A stretch of 64,000 bases of DNA from Promethearchaeota archaeon. GTDB lineage: Archaea; Asgardarchaeota; Lokiarchaeia; Sigyniarchaeales; SOKP01. The position numbers and the translations under genes were made by a program. The stretch covers positions 722,355 through 786,354 of the forward strand of contig JAHPZA010000009.1 of the NCBI GenBank assembly GCA_019058445.1, written 5' to 3'. This document shows, piece by piece, positions 28,948 to 37,697 of this stretch; position 1 is the first letter of the stretch; every line of letters starts with the position of its first letter. A model generated the notes under the pieces. That model saw nothing but the letters and a program-made list of their open reading frames with translations, had not been told where the DNA came from and did no database searches.

Positions 28948-29478
28948 TTAGATTTTAGTATATTCTGGATGTTTTTCAAAAAATTCTTTAAAAAATTGTC
29001 CGTTTTTTGCGTATTCCACCGTCCCTAAATTTCCCCTTCGAGGGATTTTTTTTTTAACTTCCGCAGGAATACCCACTACCATACTATTAGGTGGTATTTC
29101 TTTATTCACTAATACTGCTCCTGCGGCAAGCAGAGAACCCTCGCCTAATATAGAATTATGTAACACTTTAGCACCCATGCCCACCAAACACCCATCACCA
29201 ATAGTACATGGGCCATGAATAGTAGCAGAATGTCCAATTATACAATCTGAACCTATATCAACAATGGTTCTAACTGTTACGTGTACGACCACATTTTCTT
29301 GAATACTCGTATTTTTCCCTACCTTAATTGTGCCCCAATCACCACGCAACACTGCTCCGAACCATATATTTGCTCCCTCTTCAATTATAACATCTCCAAT
29401 GATAACCGCCGTGGGGGCAATGAACGCAGTTTCATCTATTTGGGGTTCTATATCTGTTCTTGGACTTGGTATTATCAA
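28948..29478 (-). CDS. Gamma-carbonic-anhydrase-family left-handed beta-helix (hexapeptide repeat) protein
   Basis: Hexapeptide repeats with LRGDWGTIKVGKNTSIQENVVVH and IGHSATIHGPCTIG. Confidence 0.8.
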   Translation of the reverse strand: MIIPSPRTDIEPQIDETAFIAPTAVIIGDVIIEEGANIWFGAVLRGDWGTIKVGKNTSIQENVVVHVTVRTIVDIGSDCIIGHSATIHGPCTIGDGCLVGMGAKVLHNSILGEGSLLAAGAVLVNKEIPPNSMVVGIPAEVKKKIPRRGNLGTVEYAKNGQFFKEFFEKHPEYTKI

Positions 29479-29616
29479 CTAAATCACCTATTTTATTCTC
29501 TTGTTGTCTTAACTTCTAAAATACATTATATTTTATTATATATTTGCTAGTTCACAATTGACATTTTCCATAAATAAAGAGGGTTAAATTGTAAAAAAGG
29601 AAAATGATTTAGATAA

Positions 29617-30162
29617 TTATTTCAATAATTCGGGATGTTGTGTGAAAAAATCTTTAAATTTCTTTCCGTTTTCTAAATATAATACAGAAGTCTTAGCCCC
29701 TTCAAACTCTCCTTGATAAATTCCTTCTTTTTTAAGTGAGGCGGGTATTCCTACTGCTAAACTTCTTGGGGGAATCTCATTATTCAGCAAAACAGCACCA
29801 GCGGCAAGTACAGAGCCATCTCCTAGTTTCGAATTATGTAAGGCATTAGATCCAATCCCTACAACGCAACCATCCCCAATAGTGCAGGGGCCATGAATCA
29901 TCGCATGATGCCCCACAATACAATCATCTCCAATAGAGACAGTCGTGCCATCTTCATTATGAATAGTTACATTTTCTTGGATACTTGTATTTTTCCCGAT
30001 TTTTATTGTTCCCCAATCACCACGTAAAACTGCACCAAACCAAATATTAGCTCCTTCTTCTATTGTAACATCACCTATTATAACAGCAGAGGGAGCAATA
30101 AAAGCAGATTGATGAATTTTTGGCTCTATTCCTGTTCTTGGACTTGGAATGATAAGTGGCAT
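29617..30162 (-). CDS. Gamma-carbonic-anhydrase-family hexapeptide-repeat protein, paralog of 28948-29478
   Basis: LRGDWGTIKIGKNTSIQENVTIH, VGHHAMIHGPCTIG. Confidence 0.8.
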   Translation of the reverse strand: MPLIIPSPRTGIEPKIHQSAFIAPSAVIIGDVTIEEGANIWFGAVLRGDWGTIKIGKNTSIQENVTIHNEDGTTVSIGDDCIVGHHAMIHGPCTIGDGCVVGIGSNALHNSKLGDGSVLAAGAVLLNNEIPPRSLAVGIPASLKKEGIYQGEFEGAKTSVLYLENGKKFKDFFTQHPELLK

Positions 30163-30298
30163 ATCTTAAACCTTTTATTTGTTCTTTCTGTTAATTTTTT
30201 TATTTTTCTTAATATATTTGATATAAATTTACGTAATTTTTAAAAATTCTTTTAATATTGTAAAAATTATTCTATTAGACGATTTAGGAAAAAGAGCT

Positions 30299-31528
30299 GT
30301 GGTAATAAAATTGACTAATATTGAATATAATAATGAACTAGTTCAAAAATATGCAAATCTCACACGAACTATTAATGAGGAGTTTATCAATATCCATCCA
30401 ATTCAGAGAGGGGGAATTTTAACCCCTGAAGCTTATAAAGCATTAGTAGCTTATGGAGATGGATATAGTTTATGTGATAATTGCCTTAAAGGGAGAATTG
30501 ACAAAATTGAAAACCCTCCTGTTGTTGAGTTTTTAAAAGATATGGCTAATTTTTTAAACATTGATGATGTATTGCTTACAGGTGCCGCTAGAGATTCCAA
30601 GAGAATTATTATGGGAGTATTAGCGAAGAAATATCCGAAGCGGAAAACTGTAGTAATTGATAGTTTAGCTCATTATACAACATATTTAGCTATTGAACAT
30701 AATAACTTAAACGTAAGTGAAGTCCCAAACTCTGGAGATTCTGAGTTTAAAATAGAAGCTAGTGATTACGAAAAAATAATTAATGAAGTTATAGATGATG
30801 ATGGGGAGTTGCCATTACTAGTGGTATTAACTCACGTTGATTATAAATATGGAAATTACAATGACCCTACGCCAATTGGAAAGATTTGTAAAAAATTTAA
30901 TATCCCCTTTCTGTTAAATGCAGCATATTCTGCAGGTACACTACCCATCGATTGCAAAAATTTTCACATTGATTTTATATCTTGTAGCGGTCATAAATCG
31001 ATGGCTGCATCCGGACCAATAGGACTTTTAGGATTTAAAGAGGAATTTTATGATGATATTATGAATGCATCACAAATTCAAGGTAATTTATCAGCAAAAT
31101 CTTTTCCCAGTAAAATCTGTAATGTTATGGGGTGTCCACCTGTGTATGGAGCTCCTCTAATTACTCTTATGGCAAGTTTTCCCACCGTGGTCAAGCGTAC
31201 TCAAAAGAAATATACGGACGAGGAGGGCAAAAAAATTAACTATGTCATAGATAAGATTAAGAATATAAAGGGAGTACAAATTAAGGGTAAATTACCTAAA
31301 ATTCATCCCCTCACAAATATAACTACTGAAGGATTTGCTAACGTGGCTATGACTCATCCGAGAAAAGGATTTTTTGTAAGAGACGAGTTTAAAGAACGAG
31401 GGATTATAGGGATGCTCCCCGGTATTTCTAAAGAAATGAAATTCAGTACCTATGGTCTAACTTGGGACCAAGTAATACACTTTACAAATGCATTTTTAGA
31501 AATCGCTAAAAAATATAATCTCATCTAA
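30299..31528 (+). CDS. pscS: O-phosphoseryl-tRNA(Cys):cysteinyl-tRNA synthase (SepCysS)-like PLP enzyme
   Basis: INIHPIQRGGILTPEA...YGDGYSLCDNC ... SGHKSMAASGPIGLLG ... LITLMASFP closely follows the archaeal SepCysS sequence as I remember it. GTG start. Confidence 0.7.
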   Translation: MVIKLTNIEYNNELVQKYANLTRTINEEFINIHPIQRGGILTPEAYKALVAYGDGYSLCDNCLKGRIDKIENPPVVEFLKDMANFLNIDDVLLTGAARDSKRIIMGVLAKKYPKRKTVVIDSLAHYTTYLAIEHNNLNVSEVPNSGDSEFKIEASDYEKIINEVIDDDGELPLLVVLTHVDYKYGNYNDPTPIGKICKKFNIPFLLNAAYSAGTLPIDCKNFHIDFISCSGHKSMAASGPIGLLGFKEEFYDDIMNASQIQGNLSAKSFPSKICNVMGCPPVYGAPLITLMASFPTVVKRTQKKYTDEEGKKINYVIDKIKNIKGVQIKGKLPKIHPLTNITTEGFANVAMTHPRKGFFVRDEFKERGIIGMLPGISKEMKFSTYGLTWDQVIHFTNAFLEIAKKYNLI

Positions 31529-31567
31529 GTTTTTGTGTTAATAAAAAAAAGAGAAGAAAAAAACACA

Positions 31568-32860
31568 TTAATAAACTTTCTCTATAATATGTATACAGAG
31601 GGCAGCTTCTCCAGCACCTATATTTCCGCCTCCATTTTCAGCAAGAGCTATTTTAGGATTCTTAACTTGTCTTTTATCCGCTTCTCCTCGTAATTGTGTC
31701 ACTAATTCATACATCTGTGCAAGACCTGATGCTCCAATAGGGTGCCCACGAGCCAAAAGACCCCCACTAGGATTAATGGGGATCTTCCCAGTAAGTTCGG
31801 TAGCTCCACTTTCTACAAAAGGACCACCTTCCCCAACCGGACAGAATCCTACTTGTTCCATGATATGAAGTTCGCCAAATGCAGTTGCATCATGAACTTC
31901 TGCCACATTTATATCATCTGGTCCAAGACCGGACATCTCAAATGCTGCCTTAGCAGCTCGTTTACAAATAGTATTGCTTTTCCATGAACCAGATTTTAAA
32001 ATGGATGCACGTACTAAAATGGCTCTCTTTTTTAGATTAGGATGATCATCCAAAAACTTCTCAGAACAAAGAATAGATGCTGCGGAACCATCTCCAATAG
32101 GGGCACACATCGCTCTTGTTAATGGATAAGCTACAACGTAATCATTCATAACCTGTTCAACAGTTTGAGGAAATGTGTATTGAGCTAAAGGATTCATTGT
32201 GGAATTATTATGGTTTTTGGCAGCAATAACAGCTATCTGCCGCTGTGTAGTTCCATATTTTTTCATATGATTACGAGAGGCCATGGCATAAAAATCCATG
32301 AACATAGAGTGCTCTTTTTTTTTCTGCTCTTTATTATCGCCCTTTTCTTTAGCACCTTTCTTGTTTCCTTCTTGAATCTGTTTTTTTAGTTGTGCAATCA
32401 TCTTTCTTGTTCTTTCTACATCTGTCCCCGAGATAAAACCTGCCATACTTCCACCTCCACCACTGCGTTTTTTGCCGCTTTTAGAGGGTCTTTGATAATA
32501 CATCTTTTCGGTACCGATGGCTAGCGTACAATTGTACAATCCTGCTTTTATTGCTGTCCAGGCGCCTTGAAAAGCAGTACTCCCGCTCGCACAAGCATTT
32601 TCTACATTCGTAATTGGGATCTTATCTACTCCATTTGCACTAAGCGCCACTTGACCTCTTATACAATGTTGAAACTCAGCCATACCCCACCCTGAATTAC
32701 TGAACCAAGCAGCTTCAATATCTTTTTTTTTTAATTCAACGTCCTTGAGTGCCAATTCAAGGGATTCTCCAGTCATGCTCTTGATTGTTTTATCAAAATT
32801 TTTTCCAAATTTGATCATACCGACTCCGATTATATAAACATTATCACTCATAATTTTCAC
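31568..32860 (-). CDS. Thiolase (acetyl-CoA acetyltransferase / SCP-x type) with Lys/Gly-rich internal insertion
   Basis: VYIIGVGM, nucleophile motif VENACASGSTAF, NPSGGLLARGHPIGASG. The start may be the fourth codon (MSDNVY). Confidence 0.8.
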   Translation of the reverse strand: MKIMSDNVYIIGVGMIKFGKNFDKTIKSMTGESLELALKDVELKKKDIEAAWFSNSGWGMAEFQHCIRGQVALSANGVDKIPITNVENACASGSTAFQGAWTAIKAGLYNCTLAIGTEKMYYQRPSKSGKKRSGGGGSMAGFISGTDVERTRKMIAQLKKQIQEGNKKGAKEKGDNKEQKKKEHSMFMDFYAMASRNHMKKYGTTQRQIAVIAAKNHNNSTMNPLAQYTFPQTVEQVMNDYVVAYPLTRAMCAPIGDGSAASILCSEKFLDDHPNLKKRAILVRASILKSGSWKSNTICKRAAKAAFEMSGLGPDDINVAEVHDATAFGELHIMEQVGFCPVGEGGPFVESGATELTGKIPINPSGGLLARGHPIGASGLAQMYELVTQLRGEADKRQVKNPKIALAENGGGNIGAGEAALCIHIIEKVY

Positions 32861-33026
32861 TTCTAATTTATGTTCAATTTAATTTATTTAAGTGAATTAA
32901 AATATCTAAATATTTAGAACTTTAATTTAAATTAAATCAATGCAAATTGTTTTAAAAGAAAAAAGAATTCTTTTTATACTAATCTTATTTTGATAATATG
33001 AGAATAGGCAACATTAAAATAAAATT

Positions 33027-33971
33027 ATGACCGTAAAAGAATTACAAAGCGAAATTATTAGTTTGAGGAAAAAAGCGGATGCCACAATTTTAGCTCATTA
33101 TTATCAACCAATTGAAATTCAGGAAATCGCAGATTTTTTAGGGGATTCACTCGGATTATCGCGAATAGCAAAGGAAAAAACAAACACAGAGTATATTATA
33201 TTTGCGGGAGTTGATTTTATGGCAGAAACTGCATCAATAATAAATCCAGATAAACATGTGATGCTTCCCAGTTATGAGTCATTTTGTCCAATGGCAGCGT
33301 TTCTTACCCCCGAAAAAGTGAGAGAATTTAAAAAAATTTATTCTGAATTACCTACTGTAGTTTATGTTAATTCTACTGCTGCTGTAAAAGCAGAATGTGA
33401 TGTATGTTGTACCTCATCAAATGCTGTTAAGATAGTGAAAGCAATAAAGGAAGAGTATGATGTGGAAGCTGTATTATTTGGTCCAGATGCAAATTTAGCT
33501 GATTATGCCGAACAAAAATCAAATATTAAAACGATTAAAATGCCTGAAAATGGCCATTGTTATGTTCATTCTCAAATAACTTTGGAAGACATTAAAACTG
33601 CTAGAAAAGCTCATCCAAATGCGCTACTTCTTGTACATCCAGAATGCAAAAGAGAAGTCCGAGACTTGGCAGATTTTGTAGGTTCTACAGCACAAATGTA
33701 TAACTTTGCTAAGGAGAGTCCACCTGAGGAGATAAATTTTATTATAGGGACAGAGGAAGGCCTTTTAGAAAGAATGGCCCAAGATTTTCATGATAAACGC
33801 TTTTATATCGCAAAGGAAAAATTAATTTGCTATAATATGAAAAAGCACAATCTTGAACTAATTAAATATGTACTGGAACATCCTGATGATAAAAAGCATG
33901 AGGTAAAAGTACCTTCTGAAATTGCTAAAAAAGCAGTTATTCCTATTGAGAAGATGTTAAAATATTCATAA
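33027..33971 (+). CDS. nadA: Quinolinate synthase
   Basis: ILAHYYQPIEIQEIADFLGDSLGLS ... VYVNSTAAVKAECDVCCTSSNA ... VHPEC. Confidence 0.85.
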   Translation: MTVKELQSEIISLRKKADATILAHYYQPIEIQEIADFLGDSLGLSRIAKEKTNTEYIIFAGVDFMAETASIINPDKHVMLPSYESFCPMAAFLTPEKVREFKKIYSELPTVVYVNSTAAVKAECDVCCTSSNAVKIVKAIKEEYDVEAVLFGPDANLADYAEQKSNIKTIKMPENGHCYVHSQITLEDIKTARKAHPNALLLVHPECKREVRDLADFVGSTAQMYNFAKESPPEEINFIIGTEEGLLERMAQDFHDKRFYIAKEKLICYNMKKHNLELIKYVLEHPDDKKHEVKVPSEIAKKAVIPIEKMLKYS

Positions 33972-34106
33972 AAAGTTCGTTATTCTAAGTTGGTTTTTAT
34001 CATCCAAGAATTTTAAAAAAGGATTTGTGAGTCTCCCCCCCTATTTATAACCAGTTATTTAAATCTTAATTTATTAAATTTTCTCTTTTTAGTTAAAAAA
34101 TCTTTT

Positions 34107-35306
34107 TTATGTTCTAGATTCACTTTCTAAGATAGTCACAATGTTAAAACTTTCTCGAATTTTATTTCCATCCAATATATTTTGTTTAAGTCTTTTACCT
34201 TCTACAGATTTCAACAATTCTTTAGATTGAGAAATAAATTCTAAAAATTTCTTCCTATCAGTTTCTAATAATCCCATATCAATCGCATTTTTTATTATAA
34301 GGTTTAGAATTAATAATTCAAATTGTTTTTGAATGGCATCCCAAATTAACCCCATTTCTCTTAATTGAATTGAGATTTCTCTTGCCATTTTATCTAAATT
34401 AGATAATTCTGTATAATATCCGGACTCAAAATGGATAATTTCATCGATTAACCGGTCTTTTATCAGGCGCAATGTTGTAGTTCCTACTAAATCATCTTCA
34501 TGGAAAAAAAAGTCGTCATTCTCTCGCTTAATTAGATAAAATCCAAGTTCATGTGTAATTAATTTAAGGCGGGCTAAATAATTTATCGCTTCAGGTGCTA
34601 CATTATATATTTCACAAAACTGATCTAAGTTAAGTTTGTAACCAGAGAATTTTTGCATATCGCTAGTTTCATCCTCTTCATTCACACGCCAATATCTTCT
34701 TGCAAAGGCACCTTGACCTAGAATTGAGTTATAAAATACATAAAAAAGGGAAAGATAAAGATCTCGATCCTGTTGAATTTCGAAGAAATTATCCCCTATC
34801 TTAGAAACAATTTTAACAATATGAAATATAAATGAATCAACAACTCCAATTTCTTTATAAAAAGTAATTAAATTATCAAGTTTCTTGACGTTACGTTTGA
34901 GCTCATTTATCATAAATAGCTCTTCTTTTAATTTTAAAGGCTCTTCACCTAGTTTTTCGATCCCCTTTTCGGTAATAACGTATCCTTGATATTGTTTATT
35001 AGTTAATTTATCCGTAATGAGTCTCTGTTCAATATTGTTGTTTTCTCTATGCGAATTTAAATATTTTGAGACAGTTGATCTACTTAAATTTGAATATTTG
35101 ACTAAACTTGTAAATCTTTGCGGACCTAAATTTCTTAGAATAAATAGTAACCTCCTACTATTATCGTCAATGGAACGCGCCTTTCTTAGCATTTCACCCT
35201 TTAATTTCTTTGAAATATTCCAGCTTTCCATATCTATCATATAATATTCAAAATATTTAAAGTTGGACCAAATTTCCAAACTTGGACTAAATTTTTTGAA
35301 AAACAC
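34107..35306 (-). CDS. Hypothetical protein with N-terminal winged-helix-like segment
   Basis: A 399-aa ORF. RFTSLVKYSNLSRSTVSKYLNSH is HTH-like. Nothing else is recognisable. Confidence 0.45.
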   Translation of the reverse strand: MFFKKFSPSLEIWSNFKYFEYYMIDMESWNISKKLKGEMLRKARSIDDNSRRLLFILRNLGPQRFTSLVKYSNLSRSTVSKYLNSHRENNNIEQRLITDKLTNKQYQGYVITEKGIEKLGEEPLKLKEELFMINELKRNVKKLDNLITFYKEIGVVDSFIFHIVKIVSKIGDNFFEIQQDRDLYLSLFYVFYNSILGQGAFARRYWRVNEEDETSDMQKFSGYKLNLDQFCEIYNVAPEAINYLARLKLITHELGFYLIKRENDDFFFHEDDLVGTTTLRLIKDRLIDEIIHFESGYYTELSNLDKMAREISIQLREMGLIWDAIQKQFELLILNLIIKNAIDMGLLETDRKKFLEFISQSKELLKSVEGKRLKQNILDGNKIRESFNIVTILESESRT

Positions 35307-35440
35307 TTAATGTTAAAATTCAGTATATTTAATTATACTCTATAATCATACCCTAAAATCAATATAATTTCATAAAAGAAAGCATTTCATGGTAGTATGA
35401 AATCAATTAAATAGTAAAGAAAACTAAGATCCATAGAAAA

Positions 35441-35629
35441 ATGTCAATAGAAAACCCGAATTTATTGGAAAGAATAAAAAAAATTGAACAAAGATTAGAT
35501 GCAATCGAGGATCGAATTTTATCATTAGAAACTTTTCTAAATCGCCGTCCATTAAGACCAGGACCTCCTATGCCTCCTGGACCGACACCTCCTGGGCCTC
35601 CAAAACCACCTGAACCATTTCGATTCTGA
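35441..35629 (+). CDS. Small coiled-coil plus proline-rich protein
   Basis: 62 aa. A heptad-like LLERIKKIEQRLDAIEDRILSLETFL is followed by RPLRPGPPMPPGPTPPGPPKPPEP. The GC-rich proline tract is unlikely to arise by chance in this AT-rich DNA. Confidence 0.45.
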   Translation: MSIENPNLLERIKKIEQRLDAIEDRILSLETFLNRRPLRPGPPMPPGPTPPGPPKPPEPFRF

Positions 35630-35815
35630 ATTTCTAATTAAAGCGATAGTACATGGAAAAATTTAATAATTGCTAGAGAATTAAACTAAAGTATATTTTT
35701 TTAGACAAAAATACTTAATTATCTCTTCATCTTATTTCAGACTAAAAACATTTTTTAGAAAAAAATAAAAAAGGTGTGATGCAAAATTACGCAATATAGA
35801 TTCAGGCTTACTGGT

Positions 35816-36040
35816 GTGCCCCCAGATCAAGCTATTAAGTTAATCGAAGTAGACCCTAACCAAGGGATTGCTGAAATTAAAAAGTCAGTACAAAGAGAAT
35901 ATAAATTAAATCCAATTTTAGCAATTCAATTTATCTTCAAGGGTAAAGTTTTACCTGATGATTTGAAGTTTTCTAAGATTGGTATACATCCAAAGAAGGA
36001 TGTTATAACAGTAATGGCTACTCAAGCTGGTGGCATCTAA
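35816..36040 (+). CDS. Ubiquitin-like beta-grasp protein ending GG-Ile; true 5' end probably upstream (see findings)
   Basis: IQFIFKGKVLPDDLKFSKIGIHPKKDVITVMATQAGGI lines up by eye with ubiquitin [34 protein letters not shown]. The coordinates are the minimal GTG-started ORF from the track. Confidence 0.65.
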   Translation: MPPDQAIKLIEVDPNQGIAEIKKSVQREYKLNPILAIQFIFKGKVLPDDLKFSKIGIHPKKDVITVMATQAGGI

Positions 36041-36132
36041 AAGATTAACTTTAATAATTATTTACTATTTTTTTATTTTTGTACTATTGTTAAGTACAAT
36101 AAAACTGTATATAATCACCTTGAGGAAGATAA

Positions 36133-37413
36133 ATGATTACGCTTTATGATTCGCTACAAGATATTTTCAAGAATGTAACGTTGAAATTTTGCGATTCTCC
36201 AGGTAGAGATATCTTTGAATCAAATGAAATGAAAAGGCTCAGTAATCTCCTCCCTGAATGGGGCAGCATAATTTATGAGGGGCTAAATCATGATGAAGTT
36301 GAAACTTATAGAACTATACGACATATTTTTCGCTCTTTATGGAGTTATTATGCGATAATGAATGAAAAGTTCGAATCGAATGTTAAAAAGGAAAATATTA
36401 AATCGCTCCAGAAGGATTTAGAGAAAATTTTTGAATATCAGTCAGATTTTCTTCCATTGTTACTTCTATATCATGATATTGGTCGACCATTTAATAGAGA
36501 GTGGCATACTTTTGAATCTGCTAAAATAGTTCACCAAAAAAAGTTGTTTCATCGTTTTCATTTAACTCCAATTCAAAGGATTATTCTTACTGGGGTGATT
36601 AGACATCATTTACTCCCAGGAACAGTATTTACAGGAGAATCAAGTTATTTTGGAGCGATTTCTCTTTATAATGATGAGAGTTTACAAGATATTTGGTCAT
36701 CATATGAAAATATTGATATTTTATTCCATACCTTAATGGTTTTCACGATTATAGACATTTGGGGATATGATTATTCAAAAATTTATGACCATTATTTTTC
36801 GCATTACCTTGAGATTCGTAATAACCTAATACGTGTATTTACAAATCTTAAATCCATAGAAAAGAAAGATCATCATATATATCTGTATCAAGAATTCTCT
36901 AAAATTGACAAACTTAATCTAAAGTGGCGTATAGCTTGTGCATTAAGGATTTTCCAATTTGTTAATACTCAATCATATTTGACAGAAAAGTTTTATTTTG
37001 CCAAAATTGATGAGGGATTAAATGATAAAAATCAAACCTGGAAAGATTTTTCGAGTTATTTAGGAAATGAACACAGTTTAATTCAATTTAAGTATGCACT
37101 TCCTCTCATGATGGTTCTCGCATCAGGTAATTTTGTGCGAAAGCCATTTGATATAGAGGAAAAAATACACTCTAAAATTTTTGATTTTTGGCAAACATGT
37201 ACAAATATTGTAAGATCTTCAAGTAAAAATCCAACATTAAGTTCTTCTAATCATCCAATATTATGGAACTTTATATTCAACTTACCTCGTGGTTGGTTTT
37301 ATCAATCAAAACAAGTCAAATACGTACTAAGCGATAATTTCCTAATGAATATTAGAAAAAGTTCCATTGAATTTAGTTCTAAAATGGATAGTTTCTTAGT
37401 AGATATTAAATAA
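36133..37413 (+). CDS. HD-domain-like protein
   Basis: LLLLYHDIGRPF ... GVIRHHLLPG ... TIIDIWGYD is spaced like an HD phosphohydrolase fold. The rest is unrecognised. Confidence 0.5.
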   Translation: MITLYDSLQDIFKNVTLKFCDSPGRDIFESNEMKRLSNLLPEWGSIIYEGLNHDEVETYRTIRHIFRSLWSYYAIMNEKFESNVKKENIKSLQKDLEKIFEYQSDFLPLLLLYHDIGRPFNREWHTFESAKIVHQKKLFHRFHLTPIQRIILTGVIRHHLLPGTVFTGESSYFGAISLYNDESLQDIWSSYENIDILFHTLMVFTIIDIWGYDYSKIYDHYFSHYLEIRNNLIRVFTNLKSIEKKDHHIYLYQEFSKIDKLNLKWRIACALRIFQFVNTQSYLTEKFYFAKIDEGLNDKNQTWKDFSSYLGNEHSLIQFKYALPLMMVLASGNFVRKPFDIEEKIHSKIFDFWQTCTNIVRSSSKNPTLSSSNHPILWNFIFNLPRGWFYQSKQVKYVLSDNFLMNIRKSSIEFSSKMDSFLVDIK

Positions 37414-37697
37414 ATAAGCGATTTTCACTCAAATTGATTATTTAGAGTAAAATAATTTCTAAAGTTCTATAGTTGTAAATTGAAATCCAAATTGTTGGAA
37501 ATAGATGTAAGAAAGAATTCATTATTAAATCTAATTTAAATTTTCTGAACTAAATTCATTTCAAATGACTCTTCTCAGAACTACAGCAGCATAATTTAAC
37601 TCAAGGTAAAATTTATAAATCATATCGATGAATATATTTTCATTAACAATCTAAATTTAATTTATTTGTAACATAGAAATCTTTTGTTGATTTTAAA

